IMG/VR virus record: IMGVR_UViG_3300027763_000038
Span: 32,001 to 96,000 of that record
Reading direction: 5' to 3' (one strand)
Length of the DNA: 64,000 nt
Source of the DNA: a virus
The notes beneath the pieces were generated by a model. The model was not told the origin of the DNA and made no database searches. It saw only the letters and a program-made list of their open reading frames with translations. A program made the translations under genes and the position numbers. Shown here piece after piece: positions 51,682 through 63,700 of the stretch. Every line of letters begins with the position of its first letter. Positions within the stretch are counted from its first letter, which is position 1.

Positions 51682-52322
51682 ATCTGATTCTCAATTTCTT
51701 TTTGGATAAGGTCGGGTATGGAAGTATCTAATTTTTCTAATGCTCTAGTAATCCAATTACTATTTTTGGTACCAGCAAATTCTGGTGGCACTCTCCAGTT
51801 TTGCTTAGATGGCTTCATTATAGCTAATCCAGTTCTTGAATATGGACTAGGACCAACAACTACCTCATAATTTCTAACAATAATTTTATCTCCATATAAT
51901 AACAACCATTCTAACCATGGTAATACAGCTTGACTTAATCCATCTACCACTAAAGCAGAGTCGCTAGTCAATACATCTTCATAGTTGTCTTTGATCATAT
52001 TAATATTGAATCCACCTCTTAAACCAGAAGATGACATAGTTATTGGAGTAGCATTAATAACAATATTTTTAGTCCATATGTTAATAATTTCATTAACTTT
52101 CTGAGCTGATGAAGGTATGCCAAATTCATACTTTAATTTACCAGTCAATAAAGATTGATATTCTGGCTCATCAACTATTACCTTATAAACTACTTGTGGT
52201 ATAGATTTAGCCAGGGCAGGGACAGCTTTTTTAAAAGCCTGCTCCATATGATCTTTGATGCTGGTTAATATCTGATTTCTGATATATGAATCAGACTCTA
52301 GTATTTTTGCTGTAATTCTCAT
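51678..52322 (-). CDS. probable neck/tail completion protein (HK97 gp10-like)
   Basis: WLEWLLLYG...GTKNSNWITRALE; synteny. Confidence 0.5.
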   Translation of the reverse strand: MRITAKILESDSYIRNQILTSIKDHMEQAFKKAVPALAKSIPQVVYKVIVDEPEYQSLLTGKLKYEFGIPSSAQKVNEIINIWTKNIVINATPITMSSSGLRGGFNINMIKDNYEDVLTSDSALVVDGLSQAVLPWLEWLLLYGDKIIVRNYEVVVGPSPYSRTGLAIMKPSKQNWRVPPEFAGTKNSNWITRALEKLDTSIPDLIQKEIENQI

Positions 52323-52852
52323 GCTCTAGACCACATAGTAACGATATATCTGTTATCTCCTAAACCACAAGGTTGAGGATCGCCAGCAGTGACATATGTA
52401 TAACCACCATAATTTGCTATATTTTTATCGATAGTAATATATTGAGCGTTTTTAATTTTTGGTAGCATTGATATTGGGCAGATTGTTTGGACCATGCCAT
52501 CGGCTATGTTAATAGCATCTGCTTTAGTTGACCAATTAAACCAATATTTACTATCAAAAAGAACTGCCATGTATATAGTTTCTTCATTAGCTTTATCAAT
52601 TAAGCCATATCCATTACAAACTGGGCAAATACTACTATTGGGGAAAGCTACTGGGCCGGTTCCATTATACTTATTTAAAGATCTTTGGGACATTGGATCA
52701 TATAAGCAATTATTGCATAATGAATTATTAGAAGAGCCATATGATATGGTACAAGGAACTGATAGAGCTGTGTTGGCTAGTATGGCATCAATTGCTTGAT
52801 TATATATTGCTTTAAACTCTTTGGATATCAAAGCTTCAAAAGGATTGGCCAT
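52319..52852 (-). CDS. probable head-closure/stopper protein with zinc-finger insertion
   Basis: CNNC...CPVCNGYG; terminal beta strands (YIVTMWSR); synteny. Confidence 0.5.
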   Translation of the reverse strand: MANPFEALISKEFKAIYNQAIDAILANTALSVPCTISYGSSNNSLCNNCLYDPMSQRSLNKYNGTGPVAFPNSSICPVCNGYGLIDKANEETIYMAVLFDSKYWFNWSTKADAINIADGMVQTICPISMLPKIKNAQYITIDKNIANYGGYTYVTAGDPQPCGLGDNRYIVTMWSRA

Positions 52853-52894
52853 AATATTTTCCTCAAAGAATGATTCTATATTATTAATTACACC

Positions 52895-53827
52895 TTACCA
52901 GCTATAGTGGGCTATTCTGTGCCATAGATTAGTAGCGACACATAGATATAAATAATTTGAATCCCAACAGATTTCTCCTGCAATTCCTTGTGAGAAAGAG
53001 GCTGGTGGAGTTCTAAAAGGAAACTGATTCCATCCTATAATATCAGAAGTGGGATGATGATGACCAGACAGAGCATAGTTACCAACAGGTTGAGGAGTAT
53101 AACTTAATGCTCCTGTTACGTCAGGAAAAGAAAGATTAACTATTCCTGTTCTATTATTAAAAGATACCACTCCGCTATTACCTACTGAACTAATAGTAAT
53201 AGTATTACTTCCATTATCATAATCTACATTAGTATAACCACTACCTAAAATATTTAAGCGATCATTACTAGTATAGTCCATTCTATTAGTAAGTCCATCT
53301 CCTATATAAAAGGTATGAATATGACCACTAATAGCATAGTTTCCACTAGCTTGTTTGTTATCTAATATTCCAGATAATCCATTAATTTCTGATATAGTGT
53401 GATTATGACCAGAGAAACTATAGTTTCCAGATCTCTGTGGCACATATCCTAATCTATCAATGATATTAGTAGCAGTAAGAAAAGATGATCCTGCTTGAGT
53501 ATTAATAGTCATTGTTCTACTAAAAGGATTAAACTTCACTTCGGTATCACCAGACCCTACAACATTCAAATAATCTCCACTAGATAAATTTAAGTTTATT
53601 CTAGGTTCAACTCCATCATAAACAGAAAACGAAATATTTGGATATGATATTGAAGATGGGTGGACTTTCATATAGTCTAACCCCGACCATGCTGATAATC
53701 CATCTCCTATCTTGAGTCTTTTTGAATCAGTTTCGTATCCTGGTTCTCCTAATCCCAAAATAGGATTAGTAGAAAACCATTCTCCACTTGGAGCTCTTCT
53801 TAATCTTATTCTTTTATATTCACTCAT
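52895..53827 (-). CDS. short fibre protein with Mtd/hyaluronidase-type N-terminal domain and HxH repeats
   Basis: RIRLRR...W...NPILGLGEPGYETDSKRLKIGDG..W..L.Y; three GNY..SGHxH motifs; C-terminal GEICWDSNYLYLCVATNLW. Confidence 0.8.
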   Translation of the reverse strand: MSEYKRIRLRRAPSGEWFSTNPILGLGEPGYETDSKRLKIGDGLSAWSGLDYMKVHPSSISYPNISFSVYDGVEPRINLNLSSGDYLNVVGSGDTEVKFNPFSRTMTINTQAGSSFLTATNIIDRLGYVPQRSGNYSFSGHNHTISEINGLSGILDNKQASGNYAISGHIHTFYIGDGLTNRMDYTSNDRLNILGSGYTNVDYDNGSNTITISSVGNSGVVSFNNRTGIVNLSFPDVTGALSYTPQPVGNYALSGHHHPTSDIIGWNQFPFRTPPASFSQGIAGEICWDSNYLYLCVATNLWHRIAHYSW

Positions 53828-56280
53828 AGTTTTTTTACTCCAAAAATTAACCCTGTAACTTCTGATAATGTCCAGTTTTGTTGTGTAGTTGGATTTTGAT
53901 TAATGTAATATTGATATGTTTTGTAACTGGTCTTAGTAACATTGTGTTGTGGGCCAATCTCTATATAATCATCTGCTTTAGTTTTAAATGCTGAAGTTGG
54001 AGCACTAAAATTAGTTGTATAACGATTTACTCCTGAAGTAATTCTGTACTCATCTATGTAACCATCTTTACCAATACTAAGATATGGTTTAGTGCTGTCA
54101 TAGGAAATAAAATAAGATGATATATCAGATACAGCATTTGGAATAGTATAAATAGTATTAAATGTTCCTGTTGTTTCATAATCAGATCCACCAAAAAAGT
54201 TTCCACTAGTTGATAATTTGTAAGAACTACCTGACTGACCATCAAGGTAGCATACTATATTATTGCTAGAATTTCTAGTAATAGCAACATGATGCCAGCC
54301 AGTGGTTGCTGTGCTAGGAAAATATAGTTGTCTTGTAACTCTACGAGGATTGAATTGGTTTAAATAATTAGAGACATATTGAATTCCACTAATATTAGCA
54401 CTAAAAGAATAAAATTTAGAATCAAAATCTTGTGGATCAATAACAACAGTATCTAATGGTGGCAATGAAACTTTATCAAATAAGGATATAGATGTTGTAT
54501 TATTAGTAAAATATACCCATGATTCTATAGTAAAAGGAGAAGTTGATAGGTCTGGATGATTTAAATATATGTAAGAGTTTTGATTTGGAAAACTAATGCT
54601 ACGAGTACCAATTTTACTAATTGAAGCTGTAGAATTAGTTTGTCCATAAATATTAAGGGTTTTGGGAATTGTAGCATTATCTACGATAGGACTAGAATCT
54701 CCATGCAAAAGTAAAGAAATGTTTGGCTCATAAATATCGCTTTGTCCTGAATATAATACATTAATAAATTTTGTATCAAGATATTTTTTTCTAGCACTAT
54801 TATAAACTTTCATTCCTCCAATAGCATCATTAAAATTCCCTCTCCAAACTGACTCAGTATCAAAAGAGTTAAAAGTAATATTTAAAAGATAGTTTGGTTT
54901 GCTCATTTTAACTGCATCTATATTTCCACTATCTATAGTTTCTATATTATTTCCATCAGCGTCTGGTATTAAAAAGGCTCGTCTATGGCTAGGATAGTCG
55001 TTATACGGAATATCTCTTGTTCCTCCGTCACCATCTCCACCTCCTATAACTCTTCTGTATACAGTACGAAAAGCTGGGTCTTTGTACCATTTTAATAATC
55101 CATCAGACGATCCATAGTTATCAATTAAACTACCGCTTACTCCAGGATAAACAGACATAACTTTAGCAGAACTGCCTAACCAGTAGGAGGGTGGAGGATC
55201 CGTGTTATCTACTAATGCTAAGTCATCTAATAGCCATACTCTTCCTCTCATATAATACCATGAATCTTTCCAATTTTCCTCTCCTTGGATAGATGGCGTT
55301 ACTCCATTCATAACAGCACTAGAATAGGTTCTATTATAAAAACGTAAATTATTAAAATTAAAACCACTAATAGGTAAGCTAATATCCCATGATTCTTTAG
55401 TTATTGTTGGATCACTATTTACTACTGGAAGATTAATATCTTCGGCATTAATATATAACAAAGGAGGACTTGTAGATTTATCTACTGAAAATTCTAAATG
55501 ACACCATCTACTAATCATAGCACTAAAGCCATCTCCTCTATTAGAGTCTGTAATTGTTAATATTTTATTATTGCTGGTATTAAATACAGAACTTATCTGA
55601 TAACGACCAATTGTTCCAGAAAGATTAAGATCAAAATAGCCAAGAGTTTGATCGTTCTGTTGAATTTCTAATGCTAGTGTTTCTTTTTTGCCATTGATAG
55701 GTAATAAATTATCTCCACTTATTTTAACAACATTAACTGTTAGAGAAGACAAATCTCCGCTATTAAAACTAAATAATGTATGTCTATGAGGATATGAAGA
55801 ATAGTCAGTATGTTTGGACTCTAAACCAAGACACCTCATTGATAAGTATGATATGCTTCCAGTTGAAACTGGAAATCCACTAGCTTGTAAGTATGTTGGA
55901 TATTCTACACTTGTGCTGTTTTCTAATTCTATATTAGTAAATGCTAAAAATCCTGGTGGACTTCCAAAACCAGGATATGAATTTTTAGTATAATAAGTTG
56001 TTCCCAAAAAAGAATAAGATGCTCTATTATCAGTATATCTACCACTAGGAACTAATCCGTTAATAGATGTGGGAGTAGAATACTTGTATATGAAGGCTAA
56101 TCTATCTCCTCCTATATTATTTCCAAATATCCCATCAAGAGCCTGATCTTCTATGGTTGTCGGAGCATATCCTCCAAATGCATATTTAGGAAAATATTTA
56201 AATTGACTAGACCAGTACTTGGGATCTAGTTCATTAAAAACTAATCCTTTATCAAAGCCTTCAAAAAATAAAGTAGCCAT
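53824..56280 (-). CDS. LamG/concanavalin-like domain virion protein
   Basis: ISLLLHGD...FTIESWVY...WHHVAITR...YLDG...GYIDEYRITSGVNRYTTNF; SD AGGAG. Confidence 0.8.
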   Translation of the reverse strand: MATLFFEGFDKGLVFNELDPKYWSSQFKYFPKYAFGGYAPTTIEDQALDGIFGNNIGGDRLAFIYKYSTPTSINGLVPSGRYTDNRASYSFLGTTYYTKNSYPGFGSPPGFLAFTNIELENSTSVEYPTYLQASGFPVSTGSISYLSMRCLGLESKHTDYSSYPHRHTLFSFNSGDLSSLTVNVVKISGDNLLPINGKKETLALEIQQNDQTLGYFDLNLSGTIGRYQISSVFNTSNNKILTITDSNRGDGFSAMISRWCHLEFSVDKSTSPPLLYINAEDINLPVVNSDPTITKESWDISLPISGFNFNNLRFYNRTYSSAVMNGVTPSIQGEENWKDSWYYMRGRVWLLDDLALVDNTDPPPSYWLGSSAKVMSVYPGVSGSLIDNYGSSDGLLKWYKDPAFRTVYRRVIGGGDGDGGTRDIPYNDYPSHRRAFLIPDADGNNIETIDSGNIDAVKMSKPNYLLNITFNSFDTESVWRGNFNDAIGGMKVYNSARKKYLDTKFINVLYSGQSDIYEPNISLLLHGDSSPIVDNATIPKTLNIYGQTNSTASISKIGTRSISFPNQNSYIYLNHPDLSTSPFTIESWVYFTNNTTSISLFDKVSLPPLDTVVIDPQDFDSKFYSFSANISGIQYVSNYLNQFNPRRVTRQLYFPSTATTGWHHVAITRNSSNNIVCYLDGQSGSSYKLSTSGNFFGGSDYETTGTFNTIYTIPNAVSDISSYFISYDSTKPYLSIGKDGYIDEYRITSGVNRYTTNFSAPTSAFKTKADDYIEIGPQHNVTKTSYKTYQYYINQNPTTQQNWTLSEVTGLIFGVKKL

Positions 56281-56361
56281 AGTATCTCCTAGACCAGAAT
56301 TATATTGCTTAATATGATCATTATAGTGGTCAATATAGTCCTATAGGTTTAATACACCGGG

Positions 56362-56553
56362 TTAAATGATTGAAATCTGTAAGTCACATGGAAGATCATA
56401 TTGTAATATTTCTACAGAAACATACGATACTAATGCGGAAAATTCTGGTTTTTTATAGGTTAAGAAATCATGACCTAAAGATGAATAATAGACTCTATAA
56501 ATTTCTCTATCTTGGTATGATAAAGGATATCCAAAAAATGGAGGTAAGATCAT
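56362..56553 (-). CDS. small hypothetical protein (63 aa)
   Basis: AGGAG SD upstream of ATG; co-oriented with the operon and fills the gap. Confidence 0.6.
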   Translation of the reverse strand: MILPPFFGYPLSYQDREIYRVYYSSLGHDFLTYKKPEFSALVSYVSVEILQYDLPCDLQISII

Positions 56554-56565
56554 AACTTTCTCCTA

Positions 56566-57720
56566 TTAGTCTGGACCACCATTGGCATCAGTAGTGTCGC
56601 CGGATAATATCATAGTATTAGTTCCAGCTTTTACAAGAGTTGCTATAGAGTACTGTCCAACTAATTTGGAGTGTCCTAATCTATTAGATAATCCAACTCC
56701 AGATAGTCTAACCTGACCAGACCCAAGTTGAGAAAGCAAACAATTAAACCCTGGAGATAAGCTACTACTAAATTGTACATTAACTGCATGATCATTATTA
56801 GTAAATGTTAAAACTTTACCATTATCAGACTGAGATATAGTATAGCCGGAAGATGAAATATTTTGCAGAGAAGCGGAGAATCTTGTTAGTTCTCCGTCTC
56901 CTAAAGATTGAGTGCCTGTGAAACTGTTTCCTCCAGAGAGTCTGGCAAAAAGATCAGCAGATAAGGTAGATATACTACCCAAACCCAGAGTATCTCGTTG
57001 TGCAGCTGCTGAAATATCATTGATTAGTACTTTACCAGCATTACTAATTGGTATTGTTGAATATTGATCAACACCAGTACCATATATAAGCTGATTTGCC
57101 GTAATCTGTAAATTACTTAATTGTGTTAATCTATTATTGTATGCTTGAACATTTGTTCCAATAGTTAAGCCAGTAACAGATAGAGTTAAGGTATTCAAGT
57201 CCTGATCTGCATAATTGAACTGCAAAGAGGTTCCTGCTTTCAATAAATCAGCTACTCTATCATCCACAGACTCATTGAAGTTATTAATATCGCTTGAAAC
57301 ATGATGATGACCCAATGGAGAATATTGTGAGCTTAAACTATCAGATGAAATATTAATAGTTTTAGTATTTGGTAAAAATGAAACTGTAGTTCCTCCGGCT
57401 CCAACAATATTTAATGTTTCGTCTTCTTTAATAATTATACTACCAACATTTAGCTTAGTTAAACCAGTTCCCGGAGGCCCACGCAAACCAGATGGGCCAA
57501 TTTCTCCTTGTGGACCTGCGGGACCAGTTTCTCCTCGTAAGCCGCTAGGTCCAGTTAATCCAGTTAATCCTCTTTCAGCATAAACTACACTAACAGTATT
57601 GTCAAAACCATCTACAATGCTCAGATTGGTAGTAATAACATTCGGACTATCAGAACCAGCTATAGACTGATTTATGACTAAAATTTTGGGAGATGAAGGT
57701 GTGATATTAACAGTAGCCAT
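56566..57720 (-). CDS. collagen-repeat fibre protein
   Basis: GLTGLTGPSGLRGETGPAGPQGEIGPSGLRGPPG (about 11 Gly-X-Y triplets); GHHH..SDI..F.E.V.D motif; AQRDTLGLG; C-terminal beta-sandwich. Confidence 0.8.
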   Translation of the reverse strand: MATVNITPSSPKILVINQSIAGSDSPNVITTNLSIVDGFDNTVSVVYAERGLTGLTGPSGLRGETGPAGPQGEIGPSGLRGPPGTGLTKLNVGSIIIKEDETLNIVGAGGTTVSFLPNTKTINISSDSLSSQYSPLGHHHVSSDINNFNESVDDRVADLLKAGTSLQFNYADQDLNTLTLSVTGLTIGTNVQAYNNRLTQLSNLQITANQLIYGTGVDQYSTIPISNAGKVLINDISAAAQRDTLGLGSISTLSADLFARLSGGNSFTGTQSLGDGELTRFSASLQNISSSGYTISQSDNGKVLTFTNNDHAVNVQFSSSLSPGFNCLLSQLGSGQVRLSGVGLSNRLGHSKLVGQYSIATLVKAGTNTMILSGDTTDANGGPD

Positions 57721-57735
57721 AATTTATTAATATCC

Positions 57736-60700
57736 TTATGGTTGTTGAGTTAAGTTTACTGTTACTGTATCGGAACCAGTATCATCATATGCTCTGATAT
57801 TAAGAACCTGTAGACCTCTCCAGTTATAATTTACACTATTAGTACTAGACAAAGTAATAGTTAATCTATCTGTAGTGCTATTATAGTTATCATTCATTTT
57901 AGAGGTATTGAGGGATCTGGAGAAAATACACATACTATTATTAACTAAAATTTCTGGAGTATTATTATAAACAGGCCTGAGTCCTCCTTCAATTTCAAAA
58001 CTAAAATTCCATGATCCATTAATATTAGTAACACCAGAATCAATAACAGACTGAGGAAGAATAATTTTAAGTGGTTTATTTATGTAAACAGGATACTCTA
58101 CCATGTATTTTTTAGGAGTCAAAGAAGTACCAGAGAATGCTGGTAAGCCACTATTCTCTAAAGAAAAAATCTTATATTTATAGTCTTTATAGAGACCTGT
58201 TGGAGTACCACTCAAACCAAATTTCCATTCTCCTTTTTGAGAGAAAGTAATATTGTTAAGTTTAATTTGATCGTAATAATTTTGTTTGATATCATAAAAA
58301 TCTGTATTATTTAATGGTCCAAAAGCGAATGTATCAGGTCCGTTAAAAGATGCCCTTAAAGAACTACTATCTCCAGATACTATAGAGATTCTGTAGTTAG
58401 AGAGTATTATATTATTTTCAGTAGAAATTGAAGCGCCATCTGTTATGTCTATATAATCTCCTGTCTTGTAAGGAATACCATTATGATGTATTAATAATGA
58501 TGTCACTCCAGCTGATTGGTCTATTGATTGAATATAGCATTTATCATATACTGTTACTGTTCCAACTGTTGAAATACCATTATATTGATATGGCAGTGTC
58601 ATTGTGCTACTATAACTGTCATTTAAAATTATACCAGTATTAAATGATATATAATCTCCACTAAAATTAACTAAAACAGAATCGTTGGGTTTAAATATGT
58701 TAGTAGCATTAGCTGGTAAAGAAATATTAATTTTTTGGTTTGTTGTTCCACCAAAGAATCCGGAATGTTGATATGTTCCAATTAATATTTTTTCATTAAG
58801 TTTTTTCTGTAATACACCAGTAAATAATGGACGATAATCAGCTAAGTCCCAAATAGTACCATCTGATAGCTGATAAAATGGAACTCTTTGGCTACCTCCA
58901 CTAAATGGAACATAACCACCCAATGCTCTAACAGAATATCCTGATATTGGCTGTCCACTCATGCAGCTGATACTATTTTTGATACCTGTAATGAGGATCG
59001 GAGGGAAGCTTGATTGGGTTGGGTTATCATCTCTATTTCCTCCTTTGTGGATCCAAAAATATTCATTTTCTGCATAAGGAATAGCATTATATTTATAAGT
59101 TGGAAATTTATCAGATGGCTTATCGATAAATAGAGATAAAACAGTTCCGGAATTAAAAACATAATTGAATTGAATAGGACTACCACCAGCGGTCCCAGCA
59201 GCAGAAGTAGAAGTAGAACCACTGTTTAACGGAGTTCCTGAGATACAATGTTTAATAAGGTAATTAATAGATACTAATCTATAGTTTTCTGTTAAGTCTT
59301 TTTCATATTGAGAAATACCATACGCACACTTGCTTAAAAGAGCATATGCCTGATTATTATATGAGAAAGGAACATTATCACCACCCTGTGCTGGTGGAGG
59401 AGCAAATAATTCTATAGATGGTCTTGGAACACTTATTCCGCTAATTCTAAGATATCCTGTTTCCCAACAATTAGAAGTTTTCATTGTATACACAGAAGGA
59501 AAAGTAGAGTATTCTGATATTGTAGAAACATTAAGCCCAGTTAAAAAGATATCATCATTTCTAAAAGAACCAGATACTGGTATTGAGGCAGAAAACGATG
59601 GCCTCATTCTTCCAAATAAGCCATAGTTTGTGGGGTCATTTATGCTTTTAAGTTTAATTATACCACAGCCTAGTATGGATTTAGTACTAGTAGAATCTAC
59701 TGTACCCTTAAAATTATTGAGATTTGATGTATTTATTGATTTTATAGCAGATTGAACAAATCTACCGGAACCAACACCGAAAGTATGTCCAGTAACTGCT
59801 ATATATTTAACACTTGGGTTTCCACTCTGTTTGACTATGTATGTGCCATTAAAACCATTAGTATTTAAAGTATCATTATTAAATTCAACATATACTAGAC
59901 TACCAACAGTATTAGTTAATTTTGTATTGGTAATATTATCAATATAGACATTATAATTTCCTGCTGCAAAATTTCCTCCACTATAACGGAATGAGGATGT
60001 TTGACATTCGGAATGAGGCAAAATACTAGTACATGTCAAAGCATCAGAGATAGCTGGTGGCCAATAATTTTGCTGTCCATTTGCATCTATTGGATTTGTA
60101 CCAGATGGTTGTTGAACAGAATTTATATCATTGCCCCTCTCTGTATATGCTGGTTTAGTCCCATCAAAATAAACTGTTAAATTAATAGGAGAAGCAGGAT
60201 TAGCTGTAGAAATATCTGTAAACTTTATTTCTTTAGTAGCAGACTTATTTCTTGCATCAAAAACTTTGAAAGTAAAAATATCTGGATATGAAGTACCACT
60301 AGCAAATGTTAAAGGTTCTCCATAGATTCTTAAAGTTCCAGTACTCATATTATTCCAGGGGGAGCTTGGAGTACCTCCAGGAAATGATATAGTATAATTA
60401 AGACCTAAAGGTAAAGAACCACTAACAGTCCAACCCGACATTCCGGTAGGTTCTGGACATTGTGCTCTTGTATTAGTATAAAATTGCCAATAATTATTAA
60501 TTGGTGCCTGACCGCACAATGGAGATAATTCAATAGTGTCTGATGAACCAGGCATTGTTCTAATACTCGGTCCAGGATGACCGATACCCTGATCTATCAA
60601 TGTTGTGTATTTTATTATAGCTTGTTTTTTATCTGAACTCAAATATAAATTTTGAGTAGTATCAGTATCAATAGCAGTAATAAGAATTTGTTTATTTCCT

Positions 60701-63700
60701 GAAATATTACATAGAGGTAGTCCACTAAAACTAAATAACCACTTTTTCTTATTAGCATTCCAGGATCTACCAATAAAACATGCTGCTTGATTTTCTATTG
60801 GAATTTTTGGATTATATCCGGAACAGGAAGAAGGAAAGCCAGACAAAAGAATAGTTGGAGGATAATTAGGATTTTCTAAACCGCCAATAGTAGCAAAAGA
60901 TACCTCCCAAGGAAAACCCTCTCTTGCAGGATAGAATGGTTCTGTAACATCTACAATTTGAAATGGTACTGTATCTCCTCCGATACTAGATAGATAAGAA
61001 GAATCTAATTCTACTAAATTAAGTTTGCCTACTCCATAAATTTTATCTGTAGCAATACCTTTACATTTTACTAATAACTGAGAATAGCTATTATCTCCTA
61101 ATGAAGTATTTTGATTAGTAACATCAAGAGAAACATCCCATTTAGCAGTCATCGGGGATCCAGAATAAGCGTACTCCCATGTTGATAAATCTTTATCGTA
61201 CTTAGTATATGGTCTTGTTAATTGAATTGTATTCTCTGTTAGTGGCGAAGCAGCGATTGTAACTCCGGGAGGTTGTTCTGGTGGAGGTAAAGCTTGTTTA
61301 ATATCTAGATTAGATTGATAACTATTATTAGGTGTTGCATAAATAATAGATCTAATATTATCTAGATATTGTTCTTTTGTAAAAAATAATCTTATTGTAT
61401 TTGTATTACTGGAGAATCCGTCTTCAGCGTAAACTAAAATATCTTTATATCCTAATTCTTCTGTTGCTTTACCAAAAACATCTTTTTTACCATCTACAAA
61501 TACTGACCATGAATGATTAATTTCATCATATTTTGTAAATAAAACATACTCTAGGGGCTGTGATAAATAGTTTCCTAAAGTTGGTAAATTAGATAACCTT
61601 ACCCTAGGAGGAAGGTCATTACGATGAGACCCTACTCCATTCTGTACTTTAAACTGTAAAGCCCATAATTCTTGAGGATCATAAACTAGAGGTTCTATAA
61701 GTTCTGATTTATTAACTACTATTTTTTTATATAGAGTTAAATTGAAGGTTTGATTTTTTGTATATCTTACCCAGCTAACGCTATCGTCTGGAGCTATTAC
61801 TGGTTGAGATATTGCAATATTAGTATTAATAGAAGGATAATATCCTACAGAACCACTAATAGATGCATTTACTCTATATCTTTGAGAAGCAGTACTATAT
61901 TCCACAATAGAACTAATAGACAAAGCCTGAGTATTAGTAGTAAAAGTAACAACAGGCTCACTTAGAGAATCATAAAAAGCTGGAACAAAGAATGAAAAAG
62001 AAACTACATCACTAGGATTAGTAATATCTATATAAATATCATTATCAAGTCCCTGTGGATTAATAGAGTAGGCTGGCTTAGATTGGGTATTATCTAAAAC
62101 TACTACGGTTCCGCTTTGTGATGTTAAAATTTCAGAAGTTATAAAATCTCTTATAGTCAATACAGGATTAAAGATACCAGTATTAGAACCAGCTGAACCA
62201 ATGAATACTTTGGTACCAGAAGCATTTGTTAATTCTTCGTTAATCATAGTCGGAGCAGATGCTGGATAATCATTTATTGTTAATGAATAGCTCTGACTAT
62301 CTGTTGGGAGATTTTTAATATCAAATGGTAATATCCAATTTATTGCGCTATTCTTATAAACATAAGTTGTTCCAGCATATTCCATCTTTGGTAGAACTTT
62401 AGTCGTTAAAGATATATTAGTAGAATCCGTTCCACTCTCATCATTTACTGTAATAGTAATTGTTTTATTATTCACATATTGTACAATATCTGAGATTAAA
62501 ACTGGAATTGTCCACTGTTTTGTAGAACTACTATATATTATATTAGCAAAATCTATATCATATGATCCAACTCCATAAATATTCACTCGTGGAGCAGATC
62601 GGTTCAGGTCATTTGACCACTTCCCTGCACCATTTAATACTGTAAGTTTAAGATAGATTTGATTCTTTGAGGAAGGAATAGTGATAGAATTATCCGATAC
62701 AATTCTATATGTTACTTCGTCATTAAACAGATATTCGATTTGAGAAATCTTAAGTAGGTCGGGTGGAAGAGATATAAGCTGTGTTCCAGCTTGTCCGTAG
62801 TGGATAGTGCCGCTGTATCCTCCAAAATTATTAATATCTTTATTGAAGTGTATTAGATGTTTCCATCTGTGAGACTGATCATTATATGAGTTGATATAAT
62901 AGTCTACTAAATTATTACTTCCTAAAGAAATATTTCCTTGTGATGTTTCAAAAACATTATTTAAATTAGGATTTCTATTAGATTTAATATTGTAGTCACT
63001 ATCTATGATATAAACTAATCCACTACGACCAAGATAGTCGGAATCGAATGGCATATTAAGAGTAAAAGTATCGGAATCTAGTCTGTCAGCTATATAATAG
63101 CTACCATTGATTTCTGGGGCATCATCACTAAAATCAAAATAGAATTTCTTATTAACTCCCCAAGGCCTAACATAACCACTGCCATTAGAAGTAGTAGCAG
63201 TATTAGATTGTTTACCAACATCTTGACGATTAACTATGTCTGGTATATTACGGAATTGATCATCATTATATACTGAAATTCTAACACATAAAGTACCAGA
63301 GGAACAATTTTGACTACTAACTCCTATGGTATATATTCCTGTTTGTGGAGCAGGAACATTGGTTCCGGATGGATCTCTTGGCCAAGATGCTGTAAAACCA
63401 CCATGAGAGTGATAGTATATATTATTATTAAAGGGGATATTGCAATTACCAGATACAGACCCGATGAATGAAATATATCCTGTCGGTTGAATTTGTTGAT
63501 CTAAAGTAAGACCTAAAGGATTTGTAAACCTATATTGATTATACCACTCTGTAGCAAATCTATTAAGTAATACATTATTATTCCCGTTAATTCCAATTCC
63601 AGAAAAAGCAGTATCTCTTGCATTAGACTGTGTAATTCTAATATTTCTACTTACTCCTGAACCAAAAGAACTATTACCATCATAACTAAGAATAGTTAGT

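Noticed and set aside
52895-53827. Diversity-generating retroelement suggested by the Mtd-like N-terminus
   Set aside because: No reverse transcriptase, no C-type-lectin variable region and no template/variable repeat pair seen in the window.
56300-56335. sigma70 promoter from TTGACC and TATAAT on the minus strand
   Set aside because: Neither TATAAT lies 16-18 nt from TTGACC; one is only 2 nt away and the other too far.
11443-61965. Many short ORFs nested in or antisense to the large minus-strand genes
   Set aside because: Shadow frames of long genes with no recognisable motifs.
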